54,258 nucleotides of DNA from an uncultured Dechloromonas sp. (GCA_964387485.1 CAYLWV010000001.1:1-54258), one strand, 5' to 3'; positions 1-9,001 are shown, numbered from the stretch's first letter. Notes: generated from the sequence alone by a model not told the origin. A program made the numbers and translations.

Positions 1-16
1 AGGATCTATCCCCGAT

Positions 17-55
17 AAACCCCGCCCGACCATCGTCGCGCGGGGTTTTGTTTTT
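17..55 (+). terminator. Rho-independent terminator of an upstream transcript (outside window)
   Basis: AAACCCCGC-C-CGAC/CATC/GTCG-C-GCGGGGTTT hairpin followed by a T-rich run. Confidence 0.75.
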
Positions 56-70
56 AGTCATAATGCGCAC

Positions 71-1240
71 ATGAATGAATTTGATTTTGATCGCGAGATT
101 AATCGCCAGACGCCGCCCCTGAATGACGCCATTAAATGGGGGAAGTATGCCGGCACCGACATTCTGCCGATGTGGATTGCCGATATGGACTTTGCGGCGG
201 CACCGCCTATCCGCGAAGCCTTACAGCAGCGGATTGCCCATGGTGTGCTGGGTTATCCCCAGGTCACTCGCGAAGTCGTCGATGCGGTATTGCTGCATCT
301 TTCCAGAGACCTGGGCTGGCAGGTGGATCCCGACTGGCTGGTCTGGTTGCCCGGCCTCGTTACGGGTCTCAATGTGGCCTGCCGTTCTATAGGTGAGGCA
401 GAGGATGGCGTGCTGACGGCGGTACCGATTTATCCGCCATTCATGTCGGCGCCGCATTTGAGTGGCCGCCGCTTACAAACTTTTCAACTCACACAGGCCG
501 CAAATTCCGGCAAATGGCTCTGGGATATCGACGCCATGCTGGCGGCCGCCGATGATTCGACCCGGTTACTGATGCTGTGTAACCCGCATAACCCGGTTGG
601 TCGGGTCTGGCATCGCGATGAGCTCCTTGCTATTGCCGATATCGCCGAGCAGCGTGACTGGATTGTCTGTTCGGACGATATTCATTGCGAGCTGGTGCTG
701 GAGCAGGGTGTTCGTTATACCCCGTTGGCTAGTCTGTCGCCGGAAATTGCCCGGCGGACCATCACCCTGTTTGCCCCATCCAAAACCTACAATATTCCCG
801 GACTGGGCGCATCGTTTGCCGTGGTACCGGACGCAACACTGCGCCGTAGGTTCGAACGGGCCATGGCCGGTATCGTGCCGCATATCAATGTCCTAGGTTA
901 TACCGGGATGGTGGCCGCTTATACCCAGGGGGTGCCCTGGCGGGATGCGGTGGTGCGCTATTTGCGGGATAACCGTGATCACCTGGTGCGTGCCATCCGG
1001 GGGATCCCCGGCTTGAGCATGCACAGCCCGGAGGCCACTTATCTGGCCTGGATTGATGCCTCAGGCATCGCACGGCCGAGCGGTCTGACGGCGGCTGCCT
1101 TTTTCGAGCAGGCCGGCCTCGGGCTGTCGGCCGGACAGGATTTTCTACCCGGTGGTACGGATTATGTACGGCTCAACTTTGCCTGTACCCGCAAGACGCT
1201 TGATCTGGCGATCAGCCGCCTGAAGGCCGGTTGTCAATAA
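71..1240 (+). CDS. MalY/PatB family PLP-dependent C-S lyase (cystathionine beta-lyase-like)
   Basis: LPMWIADMDF N-terminal motif, LCNPHNPVG, SDDIH, PLP-lysine motif APSKTYNIPGL, C-terminal RLNFA. Confidence 0.9.
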   Translation: MNEFDFDREINRQTPPLNDAIKWGKYAGTDILPMWIADMDFAAAPPIREALQQRIAHGVLGYPQVTREVVDAVLLHLSRDLGWQVDPDWLVWLPGLVTGLNVACRSIGEAEDGVLTAVPIYPPFMSAPHLSGRRLQTFQLTQAANSGKWLWDIDAMLAAADDSTRLLMLCNPHNPVGRVWHRDELLAIADIAEQRDWIVCSDDIHCELVLEQGVRYTPLASLSPEIARRTITLFAPSKTYNIPGLGASFAVVPDATLRRRFERAMAGIVPHINVLGYTGMVAAYTQGVPWRDAVVRYLRDNRDHLVRAIRGIPGLSMHSPEATYLAWIDASGIARPSGLTAAAFFEQAGLGLSAGQDFLPGGTDYVRLNFACTRKTLDLAISRLKAGCQ

Positions 1241-2960
1241 TCAGTTCGCGCAGGAACAGATGTCGGGCGACTTCGCCACGGAGCATGGCTTTGATTTCGT
1301 CATCACTCTGACGACCCTTGAGCTCCAGGCGTTCACCCAGAATCCGGCAGTCGCTGCAGATAGGCGCATCCAGCGGTTGCTGGACGACCAATAGCGGATA
1401 GTGCTGGCGTAGCACCTCAAGTGACATCCCGGCGTCACTCCGGTAGCCGCGAATATCCGCACCGTGCAGTAAAAACCGGTATTGCTCGTAGGCGGCATTG
1501 AAATTGTAGGGTACCCAGACGGTTTGTCCGGCAACCTGCCATTGGACTTTGGCGGCATAACGTCCCATCGGGCCATCGAAAACGCTGAGGAAACCTGTTA
1601 GCGCCAGATAGGCGGCAAACACGGCAGGCAGGGTGACCCAGGGCAGCATGCGTGGGATGAGCAGTGCCAGCGCGAGAATGCCGAGCACGATGAACAGCAA
1701 TACACCTTCCGTGCCCGAATACAGAGGTTGACCGACATCATGCTGCAATAACCAGCCCAGATAGCCGATGGCACCGATGGCAATGGCACAGATGAGGGTG
1801 GTGGTGAAGAGCAGCCAGCGGTTAAGACGGAACCAGACAAGGGCAATCAAGATGGCAAGAGCCGGCATAGCTTCCAGCAGATAACGGCTGGAGCGCTGGC
1901 TGGGGAAGCAGAAAACCACAAAGAGAATAAGTACCCACCACCAGAGAAAGCGTTCATCCTGGTCGAGGTCTTTGCTGCGCATGATTCGCCAGCAGGCCAG
2001 GCCGATGGTGCCGAACACAATGACCGCCAGCAGACCGGCATTAAGACCATAGCCCGGCAGCAGGGTCCAGATACTGCCATCACCCCAGAACATCTTGGAG
2101 AGATAGCTCGGGCCGTGCGGGTCGAATTTGCCGGCGTTTTCCCCGATGACGAATTCGTTCCAGACAGACTGTGGATCGGGGTCGAAGGCAAACCACAGGG
2201 CAAAGATGCCGAGGGAGAGCGCAGCGATCAGCATCAGTTTGAGGAGGTCGCGGCGGATAAACTCACCTAGGCGGTAGTGGCGGTAGCGCAAATACCAGAA
2301 GGCCAGGCCAACGCCCACCGGTAGCAAAAGGGCAAAGGATTTGTAAAGCAGGCCGATACCGATGCAGATAGCGATCATGAGCGGGATAGCCATGCGTGAA
2401 TCAAAGCTTTTGCGGCCACCGAAGAGCAGCAGAAAGAAGGGCATGAAGAGCCAGAAGACTTCGCCGGCATTCGTCAGATAGGGCCGACCGAAGCGGTAGG
2501 TGCTGAAAAAAGCGAGCCAGACCAATGCCGCCAGGATACCGGTCAGCACATGCCTGTGGCTGATCTTCCAGCCCAGTAGGCCGACCAGCAGGGCCGTGGC
2601 CAGGGTGTAGAGGACATTCGGATAACGTAGCTGCCAGAGCGTCCAATCCTGACCCCAGCCGGTGCTCAGAATACCCTGCCAGAACAACATCGGTGGCTTG
2701 GTGTTGCGCATGTTGTCGAGCGTCGATTGCAAGGGTAGCCAGTGGCCGCTGTCGGCTGTCAGGCGAGCAATGTGGGCGTACGGGAATTCGTCGCCATTTT
2801 TGGGGATCTGCAGGCTGTCGAGCCCGAAGAAATAGGTTACGGTGGCCATCACCAGCATGGCCACACCCCAGATCAGCGCCCAGGGTGTGCCGGCGGGGCG
2901 CAGCGGTGAGGGTGTGGTTTTAGCCGAACGGCCGGTGCTTTCCGTTTTTTTGCGGCTCAT
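1212..2960 (-). CDS. ArnT/PMT-like (GT-C fold) lipid-carrier-dependent glycosyltransferase
   Basis: N-terminal TM then GDEFPYAHIAR...W.P...KPPMLFW (ArnT-type DE and KPP motifs), about 12 hydrophobic segments, RYLL..MPALA motif, soluble C-terminal domain. Confidence 0.8.
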   Translation of the reverse strand: MSRKKTESTGRSAKTTPSPLRPAGTPWALIWGVAMLVMATVTYFFGLDSLQIPKNGDEFPYAHIARLTADSGHWLPLQSTLDNMRNTKPPMLFWQGILSTGWGQDWTLWQLRYPNVLYTLATALLVGLLGWKISHRHVLTGILAALVWLAFFSTYRFGRPYLTNAGEVFWLFMPFFLLLFGGRKSFDSRMAIPLMIAICIGIGLLYKSFALLLPVGVGLAFWYLRYRHYRLGEFIRRDLLKLMLIAALSLGIFALWFAFDPDPQSVWNEFVIGENAGKFDPHGPSYLSKMFWGDGSIWTLLPGYGLNAGLLAVIVFGTIGLACWRIMRSKDLDQDERFLWWWVLILFVVFCFPSQRSSRYLLEAMPALAILIALVWFRLNRWLLFTTTLICAIAIGAIGYLGWLLQHDVGQPLYSGTEGVLLFIVLGILALALLIPRMLPWVTLPAVFAAYLALTGFLSVFDGPMGRYAAKVQWQVAGQTVWVPYNFNAAYEQYRFLLHGADIRGYRSDAGMSLEVLRQHYPLLVVQQPLDAPICSDCRILGERLELKGRQSDDEIKAMLRGEVARHLFLRELIIDNRPSGG

Positions 2961-3466
2961 TCGTGTGCGTGTGGTGTGTGCCGATGGGCCTGGCGGGCGG
3001 CGCGGTTCATCTTGAAGCGTCCGAAGGTCCAGAGATCGTTGGCCACGAAATTGAACACACTGGCGATGACGACGGCCAGCAGGTTGGCCAGCAGATAGTG
3101 CAGGAAGAGGGCAAACAGGTTGGTCAGGCCGAATTGCACGGCAATACCGACCCAGCAGGCCAGTGCATACTGGCCGAACTGCACGATCACCGGTACGGTC
3201 CGTTGTGCCTTGCGGTCATGCCACGTCCAGCGTCGGTTCCAGAAGAAATTACTGATGGTCGCGACAAAAATGGCGAGTGACAGCGAGAGGTTCAGACGCA
3301 GGGTTTCCTGAGTGACCTCGTTGAAGAGCATTTCCTGGCCGACGTAGAGCACGGCCAGGTTGACCACGACCCCCGAGGCGCCCACGATCCCGAACTTGAT
3401 GAAGCGGGGGCGAAAGAAAGCGCCGATGACCGGCAGGTTCTGGAGCGTCTGAATCAGCTGCTGCAT
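2957..3466 (-). CDS. GtrA family undecaprenyl-phosphate-sugar flippase-like protein
   Basis: FIKFGIVGASGVVVN, NFFWNRRWTW, NFVANDLWTF motifs, 4 TM; ATGA overlap with the downstream GT-C gene. Confidence 0.85.
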   Translation of the reverse strand: MQQLIQTLQNLPVIGAFFRPRFIKFGIVGASGVVVNLAVLYVGQEMLFNEVTQETLRLNLSLSLAIFVATISNFFWNRRWTWHDRKAQRTVPVIVQFGQYALACWVGIAVQFGLTNLFALFLHYLLANLLAVVIASVFNFVANDLWTFGRFKMNRAARQAHRHTPHAHE

Positions 3467-3477
3467 GGGGCGCTGGA

Positions 3478-4731
3478 TCAGTGAGCTTCGAGCGTGAACG
3501 CCACCGGATGGGCAGCGGGCGGCAGGCCCAGTAATTCGTGTGCCTTATCCAGCACTTGAACGGGGGTAATCTGTTTGAGGCACTGGTTATCACCGTCACA
3601 GGGGGACATGCGGTGATTGTAGGCCGTCAGGCAGGGCGAGCAGGCCAGTGGCTGGTGGAAAAAGTAGGCGTTCTTTGCCCAGGAACGATACAGACGCGGT
3701 GTTTCCGGGCCAAATAGGATGATGGTTGGAATCGGCGTCATCGCCGCAAACTGGCCGGGGCCGCCATCGTTGGTGATCAGAAGTGCGGCGCGATGGAAGA
3801 GCGCCAGCAGGTGACGGACCGAGCGGGTGTAGCCGGTCAGGTCCACGCACATCGGGTGGCGGCAGTGATTGAGTACCGCCTGACCGAAGGCTTTGTCACC
3901 CTTCAGGCCGATCACGCCAACCGCGTAACCCTGTTGCAGAAAATGATCCGCCACCCGGTAATAGTTTTCCAGCGGCCAGGCACGGATGGGCAGAATGCCG
4001 CCGCTTGGATAGATCAGCACCAGCGGCTTGCCGGCAATCGTGGGGAAATCTGTCTCCAGTCGGCTGGTTTCGGCAGCGACCTCGCCATCGTTAAACACCA
4101 GGGTCGGTGGCAGGATTTCGGTGTCTTCCGGCACCGATTTACCGGCCGGATGTGACGTGCTGTCGATGGCATCCACCATGGTCAGCAGCTGATGGCTCAG
4201 ATGGCGGTAGGGGTTGTACATCACCGGATTGGTCAGATAACCACCGCGGTAAAGGCCTTCCTGGGTATGCGGTTCGAAACCCACCAGCACGGGGGCACCG
4301 CTCATATAGGCAATCAGGCTGCTAACGCGGGCAAAGAGTTCGCAGTCAATGACCACGTCAAAGCGCAGGGTGCGCATTTTCTGCAGGGCTTCCCAGAGGT
4401 CAGCGGCAAAATCCTTGAGATTGCCGTCGTTGAGCGTGATGACGTTCTGCTTGGGCACCACCTGTAGCAGATCCAGCACTTCCCGGTTTTTGGCAAACAG
4501 CATCACATGCAATTCGGCCTCCGGGTAGCGCGACTGGATCTTGCGGAACATCGGTTCGGCCAGGACCAGACTGCCCATTTCCGACAGCAGAATTACCAGA
4601 ATTCGGCGGGGCTCTCCGGTGCGTTGACGACGCAGCCCCAGTTTGCGCAGACACCAATCCCAGGCGGTAAACAGGGCGCACAACGGCACACCTGCATATT
4701 TATCAACAGCGCGTTGGAATCGAATATCCAT
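3478..4731 (-). CDS. GT9 family (LPS heptosyltransferase-like) glycosyltransferase, variant active site
   Basis: RILVILLSEMGS...YPEAEL, FDVVID, R.WP.E.Y, ITNDGGP..FAA...P...LFGPE, C-terminal CSPC...C...CLKQI. Confidence 0.85.
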   Translation of the reverse strand: MDIRFQRAVDKYAGVPLCALFTAWDWCLRKLGLRRQRTGEPRRILVILLSEMGSLVLAEPMFRKIQSRYPEAELHVMLFAKNREVLDLLQVVPKQNVITLNDGNLKDFAADLWEALQKMRTLRFDVVIDCELFARVSSLIAYMSGAPVLVGFEPHTQEGLYRGGYLTNPVMYNPYRHLSHQLLTMVDAIDSTSHPAGKSVPEDTEILPPTLVFNDGEVAAETSRLETDFPTIAGKPLVLIYPSGGILPIRAWPLENYYRVADHFLQQGYAVGVIGLKGDKAFGQAVLNHCRHPMCVDLTGYTRSVRHLLALFHRAALLITNDGGPGQFAAMTPIPTIILFGPETPRLYRSWAKNAYFFHQPLACSPCLTAYNHRMSPCDGDNQCLKQITPVQVLDKAHELLGLPPAAHPVAFTLEAH

Positions 4732-4830
4732 GTAGATGATTAATTAGGCCGGCAAAGCCTGAATGATACCCGCCCTTGGGATAAAATACCGCCATGATGA
4801 TCATCCCGTTTGCAGCTTTCCAGTATTGCC

Positions 4831-6054
4831 ATGGCTAGTCGCTGGATACCGACCCTTGTGTTTGTTACAGGTCTGGGGGCGGCTGTTTTAACGTCGACCT
4901 TGCCGGAACAGCCCGTTTTCAGTGAACCTGAACCGGCGGCTGTTGCCTATGAAGCCCAGCGGGCAGCGGCCTTGCCGGCCACCTTCACCTGGTCTGATCT
5001 GCCCAGGCCAACGCCTTCGGCCCATGCAGCGACGGTGGCCGAGGTGTTGCCGGGGACCCGTCTGCCGGTGGCCAGACGTGAAGCTGATTTGGCACCTGTA
5101 ACGCTGGTGGCTGCCTGGTTTGGCGGTAGCCGCGAGGGTGCGGCGGATGTGTCGCTGTATCAATCCGAATGGCGGGCTGGCTTTGACTGGATGCCGGCGC
5201 AGGAAATGTTGACCCGGCAACAGGCAGAAGATCAGCTAGGGCGCAATCTTCGTAAACTGGGTAACCCGTTGCTGGTAACCGAGCCTGGTCGTCTGCATCT
5301 GTTTTTTGTCAGCGTTTCCTATGGCGGCTGGGCGGGTAGTGCGCTCAACCGTGCCCATTCGGATGATGGCGGTAAGGCCTGGACGCCAGCACAGCGGATT
5401 GTGACTAGCCCGTTTTTCAATCTGAGTACCCTGGTGCGTAATCCGGGGCTATGGCTGACCGATGGCAGCCTCGGGTTGCCGGTGTATCACGAGTTCATTA
5501 CCAAGCATGGTGAATGGCTGCGTCTGGATCCAACGGGGCGTGTTCTGGCCAAGGAACGTATGGCCATGCCGCGTGCCACCTTGCAGCCGGCAGTCGTACC
5601 TCTGAACGCCACGCATGCCGTTGCCGCGTTGCGTGACGCCGGCCCCGGCGAGAATCAGGTGCAATGGAGCGAAACTCGGGATGGCGGACGCAGCTGGCAG
5701 GGTGCCTCTGCCCGGACGATCCCCAACCCGAACTCGGCCGTGGCGATGATTGGGCTCAAGGACGGCTCGCTGCTGATGGCCTGTAATCCGATCGGGGGCA
5801 ATCGCAACCAGCTGGCGTTGTTACGTTCAAAGGACCAGGGCAGCACCTGGACACTGGTGCGCATGATCGAACAAAGTGCGAATGACCGGGACGAGTATTC
5901 CTATCCGGCGTTGATTCAGGACCGTACCGGCATGATTCATCTGGTCTACACCTGGATGCGAAAGGGAATTCGACATGCCCGTTTTAGCCAGGCCTGGCTG
6001 AATCAGCCGGCTTCGGCCAGTACGCCTGCCCATAGCCCGGTGATTGCGCAATGA
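4831..6054 (+). CDS. BNR/Asp-box sialidase-fold protein; putative Kdo hydrolase catalytic subunit (KdoH1/KdhA-like)
   Basis: N-terminal hydrophobic anchor, HAAT...AAWFGGSREG, Asp-boxes SDDGGKAW/TRDGGRSW/SKDQGSTW, EYSYP. ATG 4831 preferred over TTG 4810. Confidence 0.75.
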   Translation: MASRWIPTLVFVTGLGAAVLTSTLPEQPVFSEPEPAAVAYEAQRAAALPATFTWSDLPRPTPSAHAATVAEVLPGTRLPVARREADLAPVTLVAAWFGGSREGAADVSLYQSEWRAGFDWMPAQEMLTRQQAEDQLGRNLRKLGNPLLVTEPGRLHLFFVSVSYGGWAGSALNRAHSDDGGKAWTPAQRIVTSPFFNLSTLVRNPGLWLTDGSLGLPVYHEFITKHGEWLRLDPTGRVLAKERMAMPRATLQPAVVPLNATHAVAALRDAGPGENQVQWSETRDGGRSWQGASARTIPNPNSAVAMIGLKDGSLLMACNPIGGNRNQLALLRSKDQGSTWTLVRMIEQSANDRDEYSYPALIQDRTGMIHLVYTWMRKGIRHARFSQAWLNQPASASTPAHSPVIAQ

Positions 6055-6605
6055 GTACCCAGCATCTCGTCCTTCGACTTTGCCGGCTGCCTTATGTGCG
6101 CATCCGGCTTGTGATCTGTGCATTAAGTCTACTGATGTTTGCACCGGTGGGGGATCAGATTCTCTGGCGCTATGTCTATGGCTTTGTGAATGACCTGAGT
6201 CCGACAACGTGGGTTTTATTCTTTGTCTGGCTCGGTTTTCCCAATGCCTTCCAGTATTGGGTCGAGTCCGAGTTACCGCTCAAACGACGCCTTATCCTGT
6301 GGTTGGGCATGGTGGTGTTTTATGTCCTGGCGCTCGGCTCGGGGCCCTTTGATCCCTATGCCTACGGCTATCAACCCTGGCCGCTGCTGCTGGGGCTGAC
6401 GGCCTGGGTTGCCTGGCGTAGGCGCAGCGCACCGGCGCTGACCGTGCTGCTCGGTCTGGATCTCGGCATATTTTCGCTGCATGGTCTGGGTTCCGATAAC
6501 CTTTGGGATTATCTGTTTGACCCGATACTGATGATTGTCCTTGGCATGACGTTGCTGCGCAGTGTGATGTCCCGTCGTAAAATCCGTCTTCAATCCAATG
6601 CTTAG
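6051..6605 (+). CDS. Small polytopic membrane protein; putative Kdo hydrolase membrane subunit (KdoH2/KdhB-like)
   Basis: 184 aa, about 5-6 TM, FDPYAYGY and SDNLWDYLFDP motifs, ATGA-coupled to the sialidase-fold gene. Confidence 0.55.
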   Translation: MSTQHLVLRLCRLPYVRIRLVICALSLLMFAPVGDQILWRYVYGFVNDLSPTTWVLFFVWLGFPNAFQYWVESELPLKRRLILWLGMVVFYVLALGSGPFDPYAYGYQPWPLLLGLTAWVAWRRRSAPALTVLLGLDLGIFSLHGLGSDNLWDYLFDPILMIVLGMTLLRSVMSRRKIRLQSNA

Positions 6606-6613
6606 GTTGTTTT

Positions 6614-8044
6614 ATGTTTGATCTCGTCAACAAACACCGTAAATTTGTCCAGATTCTGCTGGCGCTCATTACTTTGCCGTTTGCCTTCTGGGGTATTGAC
6701 TCCTATTTCAAGGATGCCACCTCGACCGATGAAGTGGCGCGTGTCGGTAGCAGTAAGATCACCCTGCAGCAGCTCGACGTCGCCATGCGTGAGCGTGCAG
6801 ACCAGATTCGCAGCCGACAGGGTGGTACCGTTGACGCCAAGCTGTTCGAGTCAGCGCAGTTTCGCCAGAGCGTGCTCAACGAACTGGTCGAGCAGCGTCT
6901 GCTCCTGGTCGAGTCAGAGCGTCTGGGGCTGGTGGCGAACGATGTCGTGTTGCGCGATCTGATCGCCCAGATTCCGGCCTTTCAGGAAAACGGCAAATTT
7001 TCGCCGACTAAATATGAACAAGTGCTGCGTGCCCAGGGTATGAATCCGACCACCTTCGAGCAGAATCTGCGCCGTGATCTGACCCAGCAGATGTTGATCA
7101 GTGGTGTGGCGGCGACGACCCAGATGTCGCGTACCCAGCTAGATCAGATTATTGCCGCCGAAACCCAGGAGCGTGAGGTCGCTGTGGCCGTGATTCCGGC
7201 AGCCGATTATCTGAAGACCGTGACGGTCAGTGATGAGTCGGTGCGCCAGTTCTACGAATCGAACAGCAAGCAATTCCAGACACCGGAGCGTGTTAAGGTC
7301 GCCTATGTGGTGTTGAGTGATCCGAAGGTGGTGGCCAAAGAGTCGGAAAACTTCAGTAATATGGTTTACGAGCAATCAGACAGCTATAAGGATGTGGCCA
7401 AGGCCCTCAATCTGAAGATCGAGGAAAGCGCCTGGATCAGCGCCAATGGTCAGGGTGCCCAGGGTGTATTGGCCAACCCCAAGGTGATGCAGGCAATTTT
7501 TGATCCGGCCAGTTTGAAGGATCGTCGTAATAGCGCCGCCATCGAAGTGGCGCCGAATGTGCTGGTCTCCGTTCGGGTTGCGGCCTATGAACCGGTGGGT
7601 ATGCGTCCATTCGACAGTGTTGCTGCCGATATCCGCACCTTTCTGATGCGTAAGGCCGCCGTAGAAAAGGCCACGGCGGATGGTGAAGGCAAACTGGCGG
7701 ATTTGAAGGACGGCAAAACCGTATCCGACCTGAAATGGTCTAATCCCCGCAGTGTGAGCCGCTTGCAGCCTAATGGCCTGGTGCCTGATGCCGTGCAACT
7801 GATTGGCGGCATCGATGCAGGCAAGCTGCCGGGTTATGCGGGTGCGCCCTCGGGGGGTGAAGGCTATGTGTTGTATAAAGTCAGCGCCGTTAAATCAGGT
7901 GCCGGGTTGAATGATGAAAAACGTGCACAGATCGGTGCGGCCTATCAGCGTTTTCTGCAGCAGGCCGATGTGGTGAGCCTGATGGTAGCCTTGCGTGATC
8001 GCCATCCGGTCAAGATTGCCAAGCGACCAGAAGCCGATAAGTAA
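6614..8044 (+). CDS. ppiD: PpiD-like periplasmic chaperone (SurA N-terminal domain), lacking the parvulin domain
   Basis: N-terminal TM ..LITLPFAFWGI, SurA_N region (IPAFQENGKFS..Y), FSNMVYEQSD C-terminal region; convergent with fabI as is typical. Confidence 0.8.
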   Translation: MFDLVNKHRKFVQILLALITLPFAFWGIDSYFKDATSTDEVARVGSSKITLQQLDVAMRERADQIRSRQGGTVDAKLFESAQFRQSVLNELVEQRLLLVESERLGLVANDVVLRDLIAQIPAFQENGKFSPTKYEQVLRAQGMNPTTFEQNLRRDLTQQMLISGVAATTQMSRTQLDQIIAAETQEREVAVAVIPAADYLKTVTVSDESVRQFYESNSKQFQTPERVKVAYVVLSDPKVVAKESENFSNMVYEQSDSYKDVAKALNLKIEESAWISANGQGAQGVLANPKVMQAIFDPASLKDRRNSAAIEVAPNVLVSVRVAAYEPVGMRPFDSVAADIRTFLMRKAAVEKATADGEGKLADLKDGKTVSDLKWSNPRSVSRLQPNGLVPDAVQLIGGIDAGKLPGYAGAPSGGEGYVLYKVSAVKSGAGLNDEKRAQIGAAYQRFLQQADVVSLMVALRDRHPVKIAKRPEADK

Positions 8045-8066
8045 TGGCGATCATGCGCTAAAAATG

Positions 8067-8095
8067 AAAAGGCCAGGTTTGAAACCTGGCCTTTT
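8067..8095. terminator. Bidirectional intrinsic terminator between ppiD and fabI
   Basis: AAAAGGCCAGGTTT-G-AAACCTGGCCTTTT perfect inverted repeat with A/T tails. Confidence 0.9.
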
Positions 8096-8114
8096 TACTG
8101 GGCGCTGAGCCGTC

Positions 8115-8906
8115 TTAAACTTCTTCGTGACCCAGTGCGGTGATGTTGAAGCCCGAGTCGACGTAGGTGATTTCACCCGTCATGCCGCTAGCCAGGTCGG
8201 ACAGCAGGAAGGCTGCGACGTTACCAACTTCATCCGTGGTCACATTACGGCGTAGCGGGGCAACCTTGGCATTGTGCGCCAGCAGCTTGCCGAAGTTGCC
8301 GATACCGGAAGCGGCGAGCGTCTTGATCGGACCGGCCGAGACGGCATTTACGCGAATGCCTTGCGGACCCATGGCAACGGCCATATAGCGTGTTGCAGCT
8401 TCCAGGCTGGCTTTGGCCATGCCCATGACGTTGTAGTTGGGCATGACACGTTCGGCACCCAGATAGGAGAGCGCCAACAGGGCCGGGTTATTGCCTTTCA
8501 ACAGCATCGGGCGGGCGGCTTTGGCCAGTGCGGCATAGCTGTAGGCCGAAATGTCGTGGGCGATGTGCGAAGCTTCGCGGGTAATGGCGTCCAGAAAATC
8601 ACCTTCCAGGGCTTCGGCAGGTGCGTAGGCAATGGAATGTACCAGGCCATCCAGACCGTCCCAATGCTTGCCCAGTTCGACGAAGAGGGCATCGATTTCA
8701 GCGTCATTGCTGACGTCGCACGGGAATACCATATTGCTGCCGAATTCTTCGGCAAACTTGGAGACGCGGTCGATGAAACGCTCGTTCTGGAATGTAAAGG
8801 CCAGGCTGGCCCCTTCACGATGACAAGCTTTGGCGATGCCATAAGCAATGGAATGTTTGGACAGCAGACCGGTGATCAGAATACGCTTGCCAGCAAGAAA
8901 ACCCAT
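8115..8906 (-). CDS. fabI: Enoyl-ACP reductase FabI
   Basis: [43 protein letters not shown]; GAGGAG RBS before ATG 8906. Confidence 0.97.
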   Translation of the reverse strand: MGFLAGKRILITGLLSKHSIAYGIAKACHREGASLAFTFQNERFIDRVSKFAEEFGSNMVFPCDVSNDAEIDALFVELGKHWDGLDGLVHSIAYAPAEALEGDFLDAITREASHIAHDISAYSYAALAKAARPMLLKGNNPALLALSYLGAERVMPNYNVMGMAKASLEAATRYMAVAMGPQGIRVNAVSAGPIKTLAASGIGNFGKLLAHNAKVAPLRRNVTTDEVGNVAAFLLSDLASGMTGEITYVDSGFNITALGHEEV

Positions 8907-9001
8907 GGTGACTCCTCGAACGCCGTTCAACGGCATGAGCGGATAAACAATAAACCACAATTATACTTCGAAGACGGGGTAGATCAGTTAGACTTCTTGC
9001 C

